A stretch of 56,705 nucleotides of DNA from Octopus sinensis (Eukaryota), in NCBI RefSeq assembly GCF_006345805.1, contig NW_021833650.1:1-56705 (forward strand). Reading direction: 5' to 3'. This document shows, piece by piece, positions 51,310 to 56,705 of this stretch. Below the pieces are notes generated by a model that saw only the letters and a program-made list of their open reading frames with translations, had not been told where the DNA came from and did not search any database. The position numbers were made by a program, and so were the translations under genes. How positions within the stretch are numbered: position 1 is the stretch's first letter; each line of letters begins with the position of its first letter.

Positions 51310-51984
51310 TACATAGAGATAGATAGATAGTATGCTTGTGTGTGTGTGTGTGTGTGTGTGTGTGGTTTGCACTCCTGATTTGGAGTATGCATAAATTTGT
51401 ACACGGAGTATATACTGAAGTTTCACTATTTCTATAACCAAAACTCAAAGAAGTCTTTCAATCACATTACCGTTACACATCTAATTACAGCTAATTCATA
51501 AAGGCATTCTCAATATTAAAATGCGTTTGGAAAATATCCAAGGTTAATACAACTCGACAGCGAAGAATACCGGAATGCAAAAGGATTCGCATAAAAGCTG
51601 ATGAAACAAACTGCAGCAAATTTTCTCATAAGCTGCTTCACGGGCGATGTCCTCCAGCTTTTATTGGGTGTCAGAAATTATACAGCATGTATTATAATAT
51701 ATTGCTTATATTGTGGCGATACCATAGAGAAGTGCTATTCCTCCTATGTGGGCTATGATTAGTAAGGATATTTTGGGTTTTTATGTAACGTTATTATATT
51801 CGATAGGCTTTGGTATATTTTTGTTCATAATATGTTTTATATCATTTTCTTCAACTGCTTTTGATACGATTTTTTCTTGGTACTCCATACTCCGTTAACC
51901 TTATTTATTTAACCTTATTTCAGGCACTGTTTTTTGACCAGAAAATATCAAGATGTCGTCTAGAGACACTCCTAAATCATTATA

Positions 51985-52250
51985 TATATTTCAGGTAGGT
52001 GTTGAGGCCAATTGTGGCAATCTTCATTGTTAATTCCAGTTGTAAAAGTCCACGGCCACCCACTTTTCTTGGCAGGTAAATTCGTTCTATATCTTCCTTA
52101 GGGTGGTGCATTCTATGCATTGTCAACAATTTTAGTATTTTTCTGTCAAGATTACATATTTCACTAATTGACCAATTAAAGATATTGAAACTGTAATTCA
52201 CGACTGGTATAGCTAAAGTATTGGTCGCTTCAATCCTGTTTCTTGCATTA
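51985..52250 (-). pseudogene. R4/Dong-type retrotransposon ORF fragment (post-RT region)
   Basis: NARNRIEATNTLAIPVVNYSFNIFNWS...LDRKILKLLTMHRMHHPKEDIERIYLPRKVGGRGLL matches the conserved R4-clade post-RT motif. Confidence 0.85.
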
Positions 52251-52522
52251 TTATTGAGTGAGAGAGCAGTGCATGCAATCAAAGTGACACTGGGGTAAAA
52301 TATACGAAGCCCAGTATACCCATGACGACTACTCGTCTGATAAGGGTACACCAGGCACATGCCTCACAACCATATGTGCGCGATATGGTGATCTCATATC
52401 AAGATAAACAGTGCATAACCTTGCAGGTGGGGGCCCAGTTAAAATTTTCTTCTGGTCGAGTAGCTCATCTTGCCCAAAAAGTCCCTGAATAAGGGTTGTT
52501 TAAGGATGGTGAACAAAACACC
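52245..52522 (-). mobile_element. Family D repeat, truncated at the end opposite the (AAT) tail
   Basis: Reverse complement of the right half of 14118/17300; its (AAT) end abuts the R4 fragment. Confidence 0.85.
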
Positions 52523-52650
<128 letters not shown>

Positions 52651-52860
52651 TAGGAGCGCTGAGCTGGCAGAATTGTTAAAGCGGCCGAGAAAATGCTTAG
52701 TGGCATTTCCTTCGGGCTTTATACACTCTGAGCTCATATCCCATCGAGGCTGACTTTGTTTTTCATCCTTTCGGGAGCTGATGAAATAAGTACAAATTGA
52801 GCGATTGGGCCATTGTAATCTCCCCAAAAATTCCATATTGTTTGCCTATGTTAAAAAGAA
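52651..52860 (+). mobile_element. Old SINE family A copy (tail B)
   Basis: GAGCTGGCAGAATTGTTAAAGCGGCCGAGAAAATGCTTAG...TTTTCATCCTTTCGGG. Confidence 0.75.
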
Positions 52861-54147
52861 AGAATTCTAATTTTTATTATATTTATCAGTATTTTTGATT
52901 AGCACTTGTCAAACTGCCGTAATATTGTCTTTCTACAAACCTAAACAATAGAATAAATTTTATCTATACCAGCCATTTTGAATTGCCTGTGTATAAGTGT
53001 ACCCAAAATGTAACACACAGCCATTTTGTTATTATTATTTTATAAAGATCTTGCGTGAAGTCTAATTATAACATTACATTTTACTGTCGTCACCTGCAGT
53101 AACATAAAGGTCAATGGTAAATTATGCTAATACAGCAGCAACAACAACAACAATAACAACAAAATTAACATATTTCTGTAACATGATTCAATGTGAGTGA
53201 GCAATAGACATAAAATACACGTTTATATTTCAAAGGCAGGCAACATAATATCAAATATCTGTCATGCAGCTAATTGAATGGTGTGGTTAGACATTGCTCG
53301 GCTGTATCATAAATCGAGCTTTGATTGGGTAATGCAACAAACGGTCTGTCATTACGTAGGAAATATGGCGCTGCTTTTATGCAATTATTAAGGATACGCA
53401 CTTAAGAGTAATATAATTCACATTTACTTATCAGTGTCTGAAAATATCAAATGAATATCATCTCCGACCTTCAAACGTGAACGTAAATGATATTTCGGCT
53501 TTTTCCAACAAAAGCAAACAACATGCGAAACACGCAGTTTTAGAAAACCTACAAACTTTATTGAACTTAAAAGTGGCTTAGTCAACGGTATTCTCTGAAA
53601 TGACCAGTCGTCATATAAACATTATTACAACTATTAAGCGTTTTATATTGATTAATTCTGTTCAGTTCATTTTTTTTTTTATTCAAGAGACGAAGTACAG
53701 TTGGTTCCTTTTGCTGAGATGGATCAAATGGGGAAATCGAACTAGAGTTTATTTTAATTTTATTTTTGTTATTATTCAGAGTGTGGAGAAATTGGTACTA
53801 AAGACATTTAAATGTATTTAGCCTAGAGCTCTGGTTATTCATCTTCCTAAATGTCATTTTATGTGCCTTTAAACGTATTTAAATTATTATAATTATAGCA
53901 TAAAATTTATCTTGACAGATGTCGTGCAACGTTAAGATTTTAATAAATACTTTCAGATACTCTGTATTTTGATTAATCTTTTTGTACTCAAATTTAAGAA
54001 TATTTTTCATATCTGGAAACATAAGTTATAGCTAAATACACTCCTCACCACACACAAACATACGCACACACACATACGCACACACACATACACACACACA
54101 CAAACAAATAAGCACGCACCCACCCACGCATATATCTATATACATAG

Positions 54148-54213
<66 letters not shown>

Positions 54214-54262
54214 ATATTTATATATATAGATATATGCGTGGGTGGGTGCGTGCTTATTTGTC

Positions 54263-54320
<58 letters not shown>

Positions 54321-56658
54321 AATATAATACTATATTACATACACACACATATATATATATATATGTGATATACATATATATACACATAATATAAATATAT
54401 AATATGATAAAATATTACATACATACATATACCTTTTGCTGTGGATGTGTGTTTGTGTATGTATGTGAGTAAATGTATGTATATAAAAATTTTGAGTAAA
54501 TTTAAGGCTGACCCAAAATATCATCAAAGTTAAAATCATATAGTGAATTAATTTAACAAGAATTTGATATAAAATTAGAGTGAAAATATCAATAAATGCT
54601 AGTGATTCAATTTAAAATACAAGTTGGAGAATAATCAATAAAACAAATTCGACGTTAATGAATGGAAATCAAAGTAAATGACTTGGATATGTGATTTTTT
54701 TGACCATTTAAAATGTAGATCTAGAACTAACTGTACCTATGTAATTATCGCGCGCGTTCCTATTGATTTCTATCTGCTGTGTTCTTTATACGTAATTTCA
54801 GCGAAGGCTGTCAAAAACTGTATTGCTTCAAATTGATCCCCATCGCATTATAAAGATATCAAAGGAGTTAGGTTTTTATGCGTGGAAAAATTTATAGCAT
54901 TAGAAATGTATGACATATTTCATTTGGATACATCTGTCAAATGTATAGGAACATTAAATGTTCAAAACGGTTTTTGGCTCTCTTTTACGAACGTGTGAAA
55001 CAATAAAACGTTGTCATTTTGCTGTGATAGCCATTTTCAGTGATTCTAGCGTGCAGTTAGGAATAAAATAGCAGAAGAGATGTAATTTTCAAAGCTTGTG
55101 CAATAACGAGCAAGAAATCACTGATAAAAAGCCCAACAGCATTACTGAGGGACATCAAAGTAAACTCTAGCCAATAAATTCCGAAGAACAAGAAAATATT
55201 TGCATAAAGATGCCTAATTAGAGGTAACTCTTCTACTCGGATTTTGGCAAAGAGCGGCAATAAATTTAACGGAGAAAAAAAAACACGAGCTTGATTCAAT
55301 GGAATAAATTTATAGCGTCTGACTTTTAAAACATCGAAAATTCCGTTCTAGGCTGCAATTATGGCTTGTCAGTTCATACTGCAGCCTAGATTAGCTGCGA
55401 CTACTTTCTGATGCTGTGGTGTAGTGACATGAGTCATAAGTTTTCAGAGAAAGTATGCAGATCAATTGTGAAGCTGATGTCACAAGGAAATAAAAAGGTA
55501 GAAGCGTACAACAAGGCAAGACAATGGATGCAGCTGAATTAATTAATATATAAACGCTGGATAAATTCGGGTTTTCGTATTAAGTAAGATTTGGGTGTTT
55601 TAATGATATTGTAATTTTTATCAGTGTTTCGCCTATATTAACTTGTCTTCTCACACCGAGGTATAACTTAAAATTCGATCAATGAATTATGATGAATCAT
55701 AAAAACGCGGTTTACTACATGATGAGATAACCATATAATTAACGGATGTCCTGACATTCCTACATCACTTAATAAAATAAGCATGGTAGTGGGTCCGTTA
55801 TGGGTTTATTATGGATATGTTTAGCCCAAGGACAACTCGCATTCAGCAGATCTATTATCAACGCCCGACATTATAATCATATCTTTATTTATTTATACGA
55901 TTCAATCTATGTAATATGTTCTTCCTTTTGAAAACGGCATTTATTCTGCCTTCTTCCGTTCTGGGTTCAAATATCAATTTTACCGTTCATCCTTCCAAGT
56001 CGAAAATAACGTCCCAGCTTAAGGTGGAGGACTGGTCGAGTAGTTAGAGCTTCAGACAAGAAGCCTTGCAATATTTTATTATGGCTCTCTGCATTCCGAG
56101 TTCAATTCCTGCCGTCGCCTGGTTGGTTAGTTTACTTTATCCATCGTCCGGATTAATGCCACCACCTTCTCTCGAGTACCTTTTCTGGAGTCTTCTGCTT
56201 CAGGAACTCCGGACAGGTTTCTGGTACACATAAACCTTTCCTTCATCTCCACCAGTTTCGAAGCCCGTGAGGGGATCGTAATCGTTATCCCTCTTACTGG
56301 GTATATGAGAAAAGAAGGGTGTATAAAGTGATGTTCGGCCCGTGTTTAATTATCAGACATGATAATTAGTCGACGCATAAACAGTTTTTAATTTGCTCTG
56401 TTTTCAAGTCGATCAAGCGTATAGGGTAATAGAAACGTAGAGCGCTAAAATAATTATGTAATGAACAATTCATTTGTATTTAGATTCAAATCTTACGTGA
56501 TCACTTTATAATTCCATTTTCCAAGACTTACTAAACTTAATACCAGCATCTGGTAATACTGTACACCGCTACCAAAACTTGTATCCTATTGTATTCGGTA
56601 TGCAGCTATTCGTATGTGGCGGGTATACGTGTACACGTGTGTGTATGTGATTGTGTGT

Positions 56659-56705
<47 letters not shown>

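Noticed and set aside
55057-55299. Hydrophobic 80-aa ORF
   Set aside because: AT-driven composition; no motif and no convincing splice context.
56240-56300. HDV-like ribozyme (also sought at the family D 5' end)
   Set aside because: Could not assemble the P1-P4 nested pseudoknot; the L3 candidate is too short.

Overview
AT-rich, eukaryotic, essentially non-coding DNA (a large intron or intergenic region) packed with microsatellites and short interspersed repeats. The repeat families look like those of an octopus (coleoid cephalopod) genome; this is recognition from memory, not a database search. I cannot support any intact protein-coding gene, and nearly all ORFs in the track are translations of (TA)n, (CA)n, (GATA)n or (ATT)n tracts. 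The protein-like sequence I do recognise is transposon debris: three R4/Dong-type RLE retrotransposon fragments, a CR1/L2-type LINE 3' end and a Tc1/mariner transposase C-terminus. Other content: many copies of at least three SINE groups, several with target-site duplications (TSDs); a ~500-bp (AAT)n-tailed repeat; three Helitron-like elements; and several long fold-back palindromes in (TA)n. The most notable patterns are: (1) minimal type-I hammerhead-ribozyme-like motifs with a palindromic helix III in several unrelated short repeats, one with a U3-A8 compensatory core; (2) a SINE that repeatedly forms head+(184-bp body)n multimers at a GGTATTT microhomology; (3) a mariner-derived hairpin made of two 3' ends; and (4) a SINE and a LINE sharing a covarying 3' stem-loop.
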